Source: an uncultured Saprospiraceae bacterium
GTDB taxonomy: Bacteria > Bacteroidota > Bacteroidia > Chitinophagales > Saprospiraceae
Direction of reading: 5' to 3'
Length of the DNA stretch: 64,000 bases
Assembly: GCA_937974575.1 (NCBI GenBank)
Contig: CALJVI010000051.1
Span: 3,811-67,810, forward strand
Positions 28,770-37,198 of this stretch are shown here, piece after piece (the first letter of the stretch is position 1; each line of letters begins with the position of its first letter). The notes beneath the pieces are model-generated. The model was not told where the DNA came from and did no database searches. It saw only the letters and a program-made list of their open reading frames with translations. The position numbers were made by a program, and so were the translations under genes.

Positions 28770-29222
28770 CTAATCTTTCACAAACTGCGCTACTCCAAAT
28801 ATATCTTCATTGACAAATTCTCTCCAGCGGCGATTACTCAAAAGAAAGGGAATCTTAACGCCAAACTTTCCACCTTTTTTCAGAGTAATGATGCCCTTAT
28901 TGAAGATCACACCCTTTTTGGTTTTGATGTGCTCTATATTATGCCAAGGATATCGATACGTTTTGATATAGTTGGTTGCGTAAACAAAGTCTCCATCAAT
29001 ATCGACTCGCTTGAATCGCATGATGCTATAATACCAGAATATAAGTCCACCAATTAAAAAAATAGGGATCAATATTTTCAGCACTCCTGCAGATACAAAA
29101 CCATAATAGCTGCGACTAGAAAAAATAACAGCTATAGTAAATATACCAAAGAACGCTGTCCATACGGTAGGTACGGCGACTGCCCAAAACAAGGTTAAAG
29201 AAGAAGAAAGTTGTTTGGTCAT
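28770..29222 (-). CDS. small membrane protein, two TM helices plus a PH-like soluble domain
   Basis: 150 aa. Two hydrophobic helices followed by a beta-rich segment (VDIDGDFVYATNYIKTYRYPWHNIEHIKTKKGVIFNKGIITLKK). Its ATG directly abuts the tatC stop codon. Confidence 0.6.
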   Translation of the reverse strand: MTKQLSSSLTLFWAVAVPTVWTAFFGIFTIAVIFSSRSYYGFVSAGVLKILIPIFLIGGLIFWYYSIMRFKRVDIDGDFVYATNYIKTYRYPWHNIEHIKTKKGVIFNKGIITLKKGGKFGVKIPFLLSNRRWREFVNEDIFGVAQFVKD

Positions 29223-30074
29223 TTAGGCAGCGATTTGGGATTCTTTTTTGGCATTATTCTTTTGAACACGTCGAGCGATCACAATACTGATTTCATATAG
29301 AAAATAAAGTGGTACTCCGATCAAAAACTGAGTAACCACATCCGGCGGAGTAATAATAGACGCTCCTATCAAAATAGCTACTATAGCATGTCTTCTATAC
29401 TTCTTCATACTCTCTGCGGTCACTAATCCTACTTTTGCTAGAAAGAATACGACTACTGGCAATTCGAAAGTAAGCCCAGCTGGCGCAGTAAACATGATTA
29501 GGTAACTGATGTAAGAAGATAAAGTTGGTTTATTCACAACTCCCGGTAGATTAAAACCTGTTAAGAATTTTATGGCAAATGGAGCAATAACAAAATAGCC
29601 AAACAGTACTCCGGTCAAAAATAAGGTAGAACACACAAAGACAAAACCTCTAGATGCTTTTTGCTCTTCTTTATAAAGACCTGGTTTTATGAATCTCCAG
29701 ACCTCAAACAGTAAGTATGGAAAGGCAATGATAAATCCGCCGAATATAGAGACTTTGACAGCGGTAATGAAGGTTTCTCCAAATCCTACAGCAATCACCT
29801 CAAATGGAGGCGGAACCATACAGAAACTATCTCCCATACCTAGAAAGTTGCTAAATCGGCAAAGGGCTTGGTAGGAAAAGAAGTCGGCTTCTGTAGGAGC
29901 CATCATCACAGCCTCAAAAAACCACTTATGCACGACAAATAGGCCTATTGCTCCTATGAGGATAGCTACAATAGACCGCACAATATGCCACCTCAATTCT
30001 TCGAGGTGCTCTAAAAAGGACATTTCCTTCTCTTCCGTTCCTAACTTATCTACATCTACCTGGTCTAATGGCAT
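29223..30074 (-). CDS. tatC: twin-arginine translocase subunit TatC
   Basis: 283 aa, six predicted TM helices, with the typical N-terminal MSFLEHLEELRWHIVRS motif. Confidence 0.92.
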   Translation of the reverse strand: MPLDQVDVDKLGTEEKEMSFLEHLEELRWHIVRSIVAILIGAIGLFVVHKWFFEAVMMAPTEADFFSYQALCRFSNFLGMGDSFCMVPPPFEVIAVGFGETFITAVKVSIFGGFIIAFPYLLFEVWRFIKPGLYKEEQKASRGFVFVCSTLFLTGVLFGYFVIAPFAIKFLTGFNLPGVVNKPTLSSYISYLIMFTAPAGLTFELPVVVFFLAKVGLVTAESMKKYRRHAIVAILIGASIITPPDVVTQFLIGVPLYFLYEISIVIARRVQKNNAKKESQIAA

Positions 30075-30217
30075 TATTGCTGATTGTAAAGCAAAAATAT
30101 GTTTCTTTTCCTAATTAACCCATAATACGGAACTAAGCTTGCAAAGAATTAAAAATTGCTGACTTTTGGGGCAATTTCTTAGGGGCCTAAAACTATCGAA
30201 GGAAGCATAAAAAACTG

Positions 30218-30225
30218 TACTTTTG
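30218..30225 (+). promoter_or_regulatory. candidate Bacteroidota -7 promoter box (TAnnTTTG)
   Basis: TACTTTTG lies 22 nt upstream of the GTG start at 30248. No convincing -33 TTTG was found. Confidence 0.3.
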
Positions 30226-30247
30226 TCTAAAATTAAATTAGCACTGC

Positions 30248-31177
30248 GTGGAGATATTAATTCAGGTCGGGATATTTATAGTAAGTCTGGCAACATTACT
30301 GAAGGGTTCTGATTGGTTTATTGATTCAGCCGAAGAGATTGGATTATCCTTTGGTATTTCTCCATTTATCATAGGACTGACTATCGTCGCATTTGGTACC
30401 TCGCTTCCTGAGTTGGCTACCTCTATATCTTCCGTACTGCATGGAGAATCTAGTATCGTCATAGGTAGTGTCGTAGGCTCCAATATCACCAATATTGCAT
30501 TGGTACTGGGTCTAGTAGCTATCAGTATCAAGCAGATCAATCTAGAATACAATATTTGGCATATAGATATGCCCTTTTTGTGGGGCTCTGCATTTCTATT
30601 GTGGTTTACGCTACAAGATGGGGTATTCTCTATTCCCGAGGCAATCTTATTTTTAGTAGCACTGGGGATCTTTCTTCTGTACTCTTTGAAGAATGAAAGA
30701 GATGAAGACGAAGATGAAAGAACAGCATTGAGCGCCAAGACCTACGGGCTCTTGATCCTCGGAGGGATTATGGTTTGGTTGGGCGCTGACTTCACCATCA
30801 AGTCTATTTCTGACCTTTCGCTGAGGGCGGGTATTAGTCCTGAGACGATAGCCCTTACAGTAATCGCGTTTGGTACTTCACTTCCGGAGATCATAGTAAG
30901 TATAAGTGCTGCGAAGAAAGGAAAGACTTCTATAGCTGTAGGTAATGTGCTTGGGTCCAACATATTCAATACCTATTGTGTCATGGCATTTGCTAGATTC
31001 TTTGGGGAGCTAGAGATCCCTGGTGGCATCCTTACCTTCAGTCTACCGATGATGATAGTGATGACTATCCTATTTGGTATCGTCTCCAACAATAAAAAAA
31101 TTACCCAATGGGAAGGCTTGATGCTGATTCTGTTTTATGTGTTTTACGTTATGGAGTTGGTCACGAAGTCCCTTTAA
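30248..31177 (+). CDS. calcium/sodium antiporter (YrbG/CaCA family)
   Basis: 309 aa, about 10 TM helices. Two alpha-repeat motifs GTSLPELATS and GTSLPEIIVS, plus GSNIxN. Confidence 0.85.
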   Translation: MEILIQVGIFIVSLATLLKGSDWFIDSAEEIGLSFGISPFIIGLTIVAFGTSLPELATSISSVLHGESSIVIGSVVGSNITNIALVLGLVAISIKQINLEYNIWHIDMPFLWGSAFLLWFTLQDGVFSIPEAILFLVALGIFLLYSLKNERDEDEDERTALSAKTYGLLILGGIMVWLGADFTIKSISDLSLRAGISPETIALTVIAFGTSLPEIIVSISAAKKGKTSIAVGNVLGSNIFNTYCVMAFARFFGELEIPGGILTFSLPMMIVMTILFGIVSNNKKITQWEGLMLILFYVFYVMELVTKSL

Positions 31178-31219
31178 ATCAAAAAAACTTTATCTCTACA
31201 AATATCATAATCATGCAAT

Positions 31220-31386
31220 ATCCCGAGTAAGGGATCGACAGAGTGCCCCATTTTTTTTGGGGCAGTCGTCCAGCGGAGGTACGTAGCTGGAGGACGGAAA
31301 CGGAGTGGACCTCGAAAGAGCCCGGCCCTGTCTGAGCAGCGAAGGCAGGAGGGAAAGCCATCAGACAGGGATACTCCCAAAAAAAA
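31220..31386 (-). repeat. G+C-rich structured intergenic element, copy 5
   Basis: The reverse complement starts TTTTTTGGGAGTATCCC. A perfect 10-bp stem pairs 31326-31335 with 31361-31370, followed by CCGGGCTCT and ACTCCG. It also has a hairpin with a CGTACCTCCGCT-type loop and a 7-bp stem TGCCCCA/TGGGGCA around a T8 loop (31244-31265). Confidence 0.8.
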
Positions 31387-31461
31387 CTCCTTATAAATCA
31401 GATAAGTTTAGAATTGGATTTCGCCATTCTTTTTGGTATTTTTCATACAAATAGATGAACT

Positions 31462-32211
31462 GTGAACAAACTAATTTTATTCTTTTGCATGTTGGGAGGC
31501 ATGTCTTTTCAGCATTCCACATCTATCGATTATTCCGTCCCAAGCGATGGATTGGTAGCCTACTACTCCTTCAATGACTGCGACGCATACGATGATAGCG
31601 GCAAGCAATCCAATGGTAAAATATATGGCAACGGCATATGCAGATGTGGCGTCGATGGAAACGGCATCTACCTCAATGGCAAGACCGACTATATAGAATT
31701 TGGCGGACCAGTGAATAAATATTTTACTACCAGCGATTTTACTTTGAGCTTCTATTTTAAGCCTACGGGCAATACTATTTTTAGGCAAAGCCTCGTGAGT
31801 AAGGGCTCCAGCTGTGGTCAAGAGCACGTGCTAGACATACTCCTAGATCAAAACAATAATGCTGTGCAAACCGATTTTATTCAAGAGGAATTTATAGAGT
31901 TTGATGACTTGAGTGCCGTACTTCAGTCTGGAGACTGGTATCACTATGCGCTGGTCAGAAGAGGGGTGAGAGCCTATACTTATATCAATGGAAATCTCAT
32001 GAATGAAGCACGACGATGCAGTGGGGTGGATATCGCAAATGACACTCCCCTATCCATAGGAAATAGTCCATGTGTAGGAAAAGGTGCAAGAAGATTTGAG
32101 GGGGTAGTAGATGAACTGAGAGTTTATGAAAAGCCTTTTTCTCATGCTGAAATAATGGGACTTTACATGCGCAACAAAGTGGAAGACGCCGAGCGAGACT
32201 GTGTCTCTTAA
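31462..32211 (+). CDS. LamG (concanavalin A-like lectin) domain protein, secreted
   Basis: 249 aa with a signal peptide. LVAYYSFNDCDAYDDSG...NGIYLNGKTDYIEF...VDELRVYEKPFSHAEI fits the LamG-like jellyroll pattern. Paralog of 32816-34027. Confidence 0.65.
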   Translation: MNKLILFFCMLGGMSFQHSTSIDYSVPSDGLVAYYSFNDCDAYDDSGKQSNGKIYGNGICRCGVDGNGIYLNGKTDYIEFGGPVNKYFTTSDFTLSFYFKPTGNTIFRQSLVSKGSSCGQEHVLDILLDQNNNAVQTDFIQEEFIEFDDLSAVLQSGDWYHYALVRRGVRAYTYINGNLMNEARRCSGVDIANDTPLSIGNSPCVGKGARRFEGVVDELRVYEKPFSHAEIMGLYMRNKVEDAERDCVS

Positions 32212-32227
32212 AACATTTAAAAAAAGC

Positions 32228-32235
32228 TTATTTTT
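32228..32235 (+). promoter_or_regulatory. candidate Bacteroidota -7 promoter box (TAnnTTTG)
   Basis: TATTTTTG lies 18 nt upstream of the ybaB-like ATG. Confidence 0.3.
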
Positions 32236-32253
32236 GCATTAAAATATAAAAGT

Positions 32254-32571
32254 ATGTTGGAGAATATGTTTGGCAATATGGAAGAAAAGCAGCAAAAAAT
32301 GAAGGAGGCCTTGGTCAATATCATTGTTGAGGCGGAGGCTGGAGATGGAGCCGTGAAGGTAGAAGCTAACGCAGCCAGAGAAATACTGAATATTTCTATC
32401 GATAAGGAGAAAGTGCAGCTGGAAGACTTAGAACAGTTGGAAGACTTGTTGCTGGTAGCGATCAATCGAGTTATCGAGCAAGCCAGTGTAAAAGAAGCTG
32501 AAGAAAGCCAGAAAATGGTTTCCGATATGCTTCCTCCTGGTATGGGAGGCCTAGCGGACATGTTTAAGTAG
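32254..32571 (+). CDS. ybaB: YbaB/EbfC family nucleoid-associated protein
   Basis: 105 aa. Starts MFGNMEEKQQKMKEAL, has AEAGDGAVKVEANAAREILNISID, and a C-terminal PPGMGGLADMF tail. Confidence 0.85.
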   Translation: MLENMFGNMEEKQQKMKEALVNIIVEAEAGDGAVKVEANAAREILNISIDKEKVQLEDLEQLEDLLLVAINRVIEQASVKEAEESQKMVSDMLPPGMGGLADMFK

Positions 32572-32815
32572 TCTATTATCTCATTCCTAGTTGATGACTT
32601 CGCTCCTCTATGCAATAGAAGGCATCAAGCCATGCCTTTAAATATACCAGCAATAGCTAGGCTTATTTCTGCGTTTTGTGGCTCGAAGTCGTTACTTTCT
32701 GTATAAACTCACTTGAGACATCTAGAAACAGAAATGGCGTTTTTTGGTAAAATAATCATACTTTTGCGTCGCAAACAGCGTTCTTAAATTGTGATCAGTA
32801 AAGGAACTTGACCGT

Positions 32816-34027
32816 ATGATTAGACATATCTTTTTCGTTTTATCTTGTACTCTCTTATCTATTAGTGCCTTAGCACAGACTAATGCTGGTCTTGTCCGAT
32901 ATTTTACATTTGACCAGTGTGATGGACGTGATAATGGAACCGCTGGTATAGATGCTATCGTGCAAAACGGTCCTCAATGTGCTTGTGGGGTCAGTGGCAA
33001 CGGCTTGGAGTTTGACGGTATAGATGATGCGATGATTATACCTGGTACTGCCAACTTGATGAACACCATAGACTTTACTATTAGCTTCTACTACAAGTCT
33101 ACTGCTGGAGCTAGTCAGGACCTTCTTTCAAGAAAAGAGTTTTGTGATAATGACCATGCCTTTGCCATTCGGGTAATACCGGGCTCGAATACCATAGTCA
33201 CTCAGATGCGTGAAAATAATGGTAAAGGAACCTTGTTCAATAATACCCTTGATCAAAGCAACTGCTGGCATCATGTCGTATTTGTAAGAAAGGATGACTT
33301 TCATACCTTATATCTAGATGGTGTATTGGTAGAAGAAAAAAATACAGTAAGCCGTGTGGACATCTCGAATGAAAATATACAATTGGAAATATCAGGTGGT
33401 CCTTGTCTAGGTATTCAAGATCTTCCTTTTAGAGGAATTATCGATGAATTGAGAATCTATAATCGAGCTTTAACGGATAATGAAGTAGAAGGACTCGCTG
33501 TTTCTATAGATGAGATCGTTACTCAAGATACTTTGATTTTTCTGGGTAGTACAGTAGACGTATTTAGCTCTGAGAGTTGTGCAGACTCCTATATATGGTC
33601 TCCGAGTCAAGGGGTAAGTGATGTGACTAGTCCTGATGTAGCGCTTACACCTGAAAAAACGACCGTGTATTCATTGGCCTACTCGCAAGGCGCATGTACT
33701 TCGAGAGATAGTTTTCGTATCTCTGTAATAGATCCTGAACAGCTGGACTGCGAACAACTCTTTATGGCCAATGCTTTCACGCCAAATGGAGATGGAAATA
33801 ACGACAGCTATGGAATCAGCAATCCATTTGCATTGGAGGAATTTACTTCTTTTGAGATCCTTGACAAATGGGGAGATAAGGTCTACTTCACTAATGATAA
33901 GTTTGCAAAATGGAATGGTACCTATAAGGGCGCCAATCTTACTGGAGGCGTCTATCTCTTCCGTGTATTTTACAAATGTGCAGGGGTGGAGCAGGTACGT
34001 ACAGGAAGTGTCACTATGATTCGTTAA
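32816..34027 (+). CDS. LamG domain protein with T9SS type B (gliding motility-associated, CHU_C) C-terminal domain
   Basis: 403 aa with a signal peptide. LamG-like N-terminal half parallel to 31462-32211. C-terminus NAFTPNGDGNNDSY...ILDKWGDKVY...GGVYLFRV...GSVTMIR. Confidence 0.75.
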   Translation: MIRHIFFVLSCTLLSISALAQTNAGLVRYFTFDQCDGRDNGTAGIDAIVQNGPQCACGVSGNGLEFDGIDDAMIIPGTANLMNTIDFTISFYYKSTAGASQDLLSRKEFCDNDHAFAIRVIPGSNTIVTQMRENNGKGTLFNNTLDQSNCWHHVVFVRKDDFHTLYLDGVLVEEKNTVSRVDISNENIQLEISGGPCLGIQDLPFRGIIDELRIYNRALTDNEVEGLAVSIDEIVTQDTLIFLGSTVDVFSSESCADSYIWSPSQGVSDVTSPDVALTPEKTTVYSLAYSQGACTSRDSFRISVIDPEQLDCEQLFMANAFTPNGDGNNDSYGISNPFALEEFTSFEILDKWGDKVYFTNDKFAKWNGTYKGANLTGGVYLFRVFYKCAGVEQVRTGSVTMIR

Positions 34028-34253
34028 GAAGCATCCATTTCTTTGATTTTTTCATCTATTATAGGATACCTATTATTTTATATTGTCACTTTGGACTCAA
34101 ATGGTGGCTAATAGCGCCCCCCTATTTATCTCCTAAGTGAAAATCATAATTTGGTCTTAGATTCACTATATTTGTGAAGTACTGTTAATATCTTAGCAAT
34201 ACAAGACTTTTGTACTAATTACACGTCCTAATACTGATTCAACACAAACAATA

Positions 34254-34916
34254 ATGATCAGAATACAATTGATACTATCCGTAATCTTATTCCTCTGCTT
34301 GACAGCCTGTCAAAGTGACGTCAAAGTAGATACTGCGGAAAAACTCATAACTGAAACTAAAGAAGCAGCTAAGCAACTAAAACAAGACGCTGAAGCCGTT
34401 GCTGAGGATGTTAAAGAGGAAATTACTCCCTCTGAGCCTAAGCTTCTTGAGTTTTATGTAGAGGAAGATAAAGATGCTACTAATAAAGATGCAGAGAAAA
34501 AGGCTTCTACTGCTGCAAGTAGTAAAAAAGCACCTAAAGAGGAGGCAAAGGTGGTGAAAAAGACTAAACCTAAAGCACCCGCTAAAAAAGCACCAAAAAT
34601 GAAATTCGAAAACAACACTTTTGCATTCGGAGTAATCAAACCTGGTGAAGTAATTGAACACAAATTTGAATTTACTAATACGGGTCAGTCCGACCTTATT
34701 ATCACGGACGCAAAAGCGACTTGTGGTTGTACGCAGCCGAGTTTTCCTTTTGTTCCTATACCGCCTGGTGAGAAGGGGTTTATTGGAGTTAAATATGATA
34801 GTACTGGAAAGTTGGGATCTCAAAAACCAACCGTTACTTTAACCACCAATGCCAGCCCTAAAACACAGAAAGTATATCTTGAAGGTCTAGTAATTAGTGA
34901 AATGTCAAAAAATTAG
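34254..34916 (+). CDS. DUF1573 domain lipoprotein with a Lys/Ala/Pro-rich linker
   Basis: 220 aa with lipoprotein signal FLCLTACQ. C-terminal DUF1573 pattern (FGVIKPGEVIEHKFEFTNTGQSDLIITDAKATCGCTQP...PPGEKGFIGVKYDS). Confidence 0.75.
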   Translation: MIRIQLILSVILFLCLTACQSDVKVDTAEKLITETKEAAKQLKQDAEAVAEDVKEEITPSEPKLLEFYVEEDKDATNKDAEKKASTAASSKKAPKEEAKVVKKTKPKAPAKKAPKMKFENNTFAFGVIKPGEVIEHKFEFTNTGQSDLIITDAKATCGCTQPSFPFVPIPPGEKGFIGVKYDSTGKLGSQKPTVTLTTNASPKTQKVYLEGLVISEMSKN

Positions 34917-34930
34917 ATGATAAAAACAAA

Positions 34931-37150
34931 GTGCCCTTGATCTATCAAGTATATCCTACGACAAATCAAACCTATGACCTTAGCGTTTTAACGCAAGCTG
35001 AAAGCTTGTTTAGAATACGCAAGCTAGACGAAGCTATACAGCTCTTAGAAAATAATCTCCCCAAGTATAAGGAGCAATCAGAAATAGCTCCTTTAATAAA
35101 GGCATACCTCCTCCTGTCGGGCATCTTGATCAAGAAATTTCAATATTTCGGAAATAAAGAGTGCCTACCACAAGCGAGACAATATATAAGACAAGCCATA
35201 GAACTCAGCAAAAACAAAGGAGACTCAGAATTACTAGCAGAAGCCTATCTGATACAAAGTAAAATACGCCAACACAATAATAAAGATGAACGCGGAAGTC
35301 TAAAGAAAGCTAAGCAGATCATCGATCAGCTCAATAGCGATTATCTTCAAATCAAGTGGATGTCGTTTGCTGTCCAATTGGATATCAACGACAATGATTT
35401 TAAATCTGCATTATCTATGGCGCAAGATGCCATAGGTCAAATAGAGAAAGTCTCTGAAGAGTTGAGAGTAGATCTTGAAGCCAATCTTTACAGCTCCTTA
35501 GTAAGTATCTATATCAAGCAACAAGACTACATCAAGTCTATCGAATATAATCAGTTGGTACTCCAATATGCACATGCATTTGGTGATGTGGAAAAGGAAC
35601 TGATGGCACTCAATAATATGGCCATTATTCATGGACTGAAAGGAGAATATGGCAAAGCCATGGAATATCTTTTTGAAGCTCTCAATAGAAGTAAGGAGAT
35701 TAACTTTAGAGCACAAGTCGCAAAAAGTCTCATCAACCTCGGTAGTATATATGCACAGCTCTTTAACTCACAGGAAGCAATAAAAAAATACAACCTCGTG
35801 CTAGAGGAGTATAAAGATGTGCTTGATCCAAGTACAGCAGTTATCCTGTACAATAATCTTGGAAACATCCACTATGAATCTGATGAGCTATCCATAGCCA
35901 AGCAGTATTACACACAGGGGCTCAACTGGGCAGAGGAAAGTAAGTATACCGAAATGCTAGCCCACCTAAATGCGCAACTAGCAAAGTGTGCCATAAAGGA
36001 AGAAAAAATTGAAGAAGCAAGATCTTTTTGTAAGGTGGCATCCAGCTACTTTAATGAAGATCCGCAACTCAGTGGATATCAAATACATCTGATCAATCTC
36101 GGACAAATAGATTTTCATGTAGGCAAAAACGACTCTGCAAAATGGTTTTTGAGCAAAGGACTAGATCAAGCTACGCAACGTGAGGATCGCAATATGCAAA
36201 TCATATGCTATGAGGCGTTATCCAATGTGTATAAATTAGAAGGAAATTTTAGAAAGGCAGTCTTGTTTCAAGATCAATACTTGGATCTTAGCCGAACTCT
36301 TCAGCAGAAAAAACAAAACTTGCAAATCTTAGATTTGGAGATCAGTCAAGTCATCAAGGATAAGCAACGTCGCATAGAACAACTTATAAAAGACAATGAA
36401 TACAAAGCGCTACTGCTCAAGCAAAGTGAGCGTATAGCGGAGCAGAATCAAGCACTCAAAGAGATCAACGAAGAACTTAGGCAATATGCCTATGTCACTT
36501 CTCATGACCTGAAAGAACCTCTTCGAATGATTAGTAATTTTTCACAATTGCTAGAGCGAAAGTACAAAGATCAACTGGGTGAAGAAGCTGAAGAGTTTTT
36601 CAATTATATTGACGAAGGGGTGCATCGTATAGATAGTCTCCTCGAAGACCTACTCAAATATACCACCATAGGGAATGCACATGTTGAGCAAAGTCAAGTA
36701 CACCTCAAGGATGTCGTTGATATCGCCATAATGCATTTGAAGGGAAAGATATCTGATAGTCAAGCTACTTTTAATATCGATTCACTTCCTTATGTATACA
36801 GCAATCAATCTCTACTCATACAGCTTGTACAAAATTTGATTAGCAATGCGATAAAATTTCGAAAGACAGGGACCGCTCCAAAAATTAGGATTAGTAGTGA
36901 AGAGGATGAAATATCCTACATCGTTACGATTACCGACAATGGAATTGGGATTCCTGACAATCAACTCAAACGAATCTTTATCATCTTTCAGAGACTACAT
37001 CCTAGAGGCATGCACGATGGTACGGGAATTGGTCTCGCCATCTGCAAGAAGATCATCAAGAAATTGGGTGGAGATCTTTGGGTAAAGTCCACAGTAGATG
37101 TGGGTACCTCTTTCTCATTTTCTATACCGAAGGTAAATATGGAATTTTAG
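34931..37150 (+). CDS. cytoplasmic TPR-repeat sensor histidine kinase
   Basis: 739 aa with no TM segment seen. About 480 aa of TPR-like repeats and coiled coil, then H-box YVTSHDLKEPLRMI, N-box NLISNAIKF, G1 DNGIGI and G2 GTGIGLAI. GTG start. Confidence 0.85.
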   Translation: MPLIYQVYPTTNQTYDLSVLTQAESLFRIRKLDEAIQLLENNLPKYKEQSEIAPLIKAYLLLSGILIKKFQYFGNKECLPQARQYIRQAIELSKNKGDSELLAEAYLIQSKIRQHNNKDERGSLKKAKQIIDQLNSDYLQIKWMSFAVQLDINDNDFKSALSMAQDAIGQIEKVSEELRVDLEANLYSSLVSIYIKQQDYIKSIEYNQLVLQYAHAFGDVEKELMALNNMAIIHGLKGEYGKAMEYLFEALNRSKEINFRAQVAKSLINLGSIYAQLFNSQEAIKKYNLVLEEYKDVLDPSTAVILYNNLGNIHYESDELSIAKQYYTQGLNWAEESKYTEMLAHLNAQLAKCAIKEEKIEEARSFCKVASSYFNEDPQLSGYQIHLINLGQIDFHVGKNDSAKWFLSKGLDQATQREDRNMQIICYEALSNVYKLEGNFRKAVLFQDQYLDLSRTLQQKKQNLQILDLEISQVIKDKQRRIEQLIKDNEYKALLLKQSERIAEQNQALKEINEELRQYAYVTSHDLKEPLRMISNFSQLLERKYKDQLGEEAEEFFNYIDEGVHRIDSLLEDLLKYTTIGNAHVEQSQVHLKDVVDIAIMHLKGKISDSQATFNIDSLPYVYSNQSLLIQLVQNLISNAIKFRKTGTAPKIRISSEEDEISYIVTITDNGIGIPDNQLKRIFIIFQRLHPRGMHDGTGIGLAICKKIIKKLGGDLWVKSTVDVGTSFSFSIPKVNMEF

Positions 37151-37198
37151 CCTAGGACTAGCTTAGCACTTTAGAAAAGTGATAAATAGATTTCGGAA

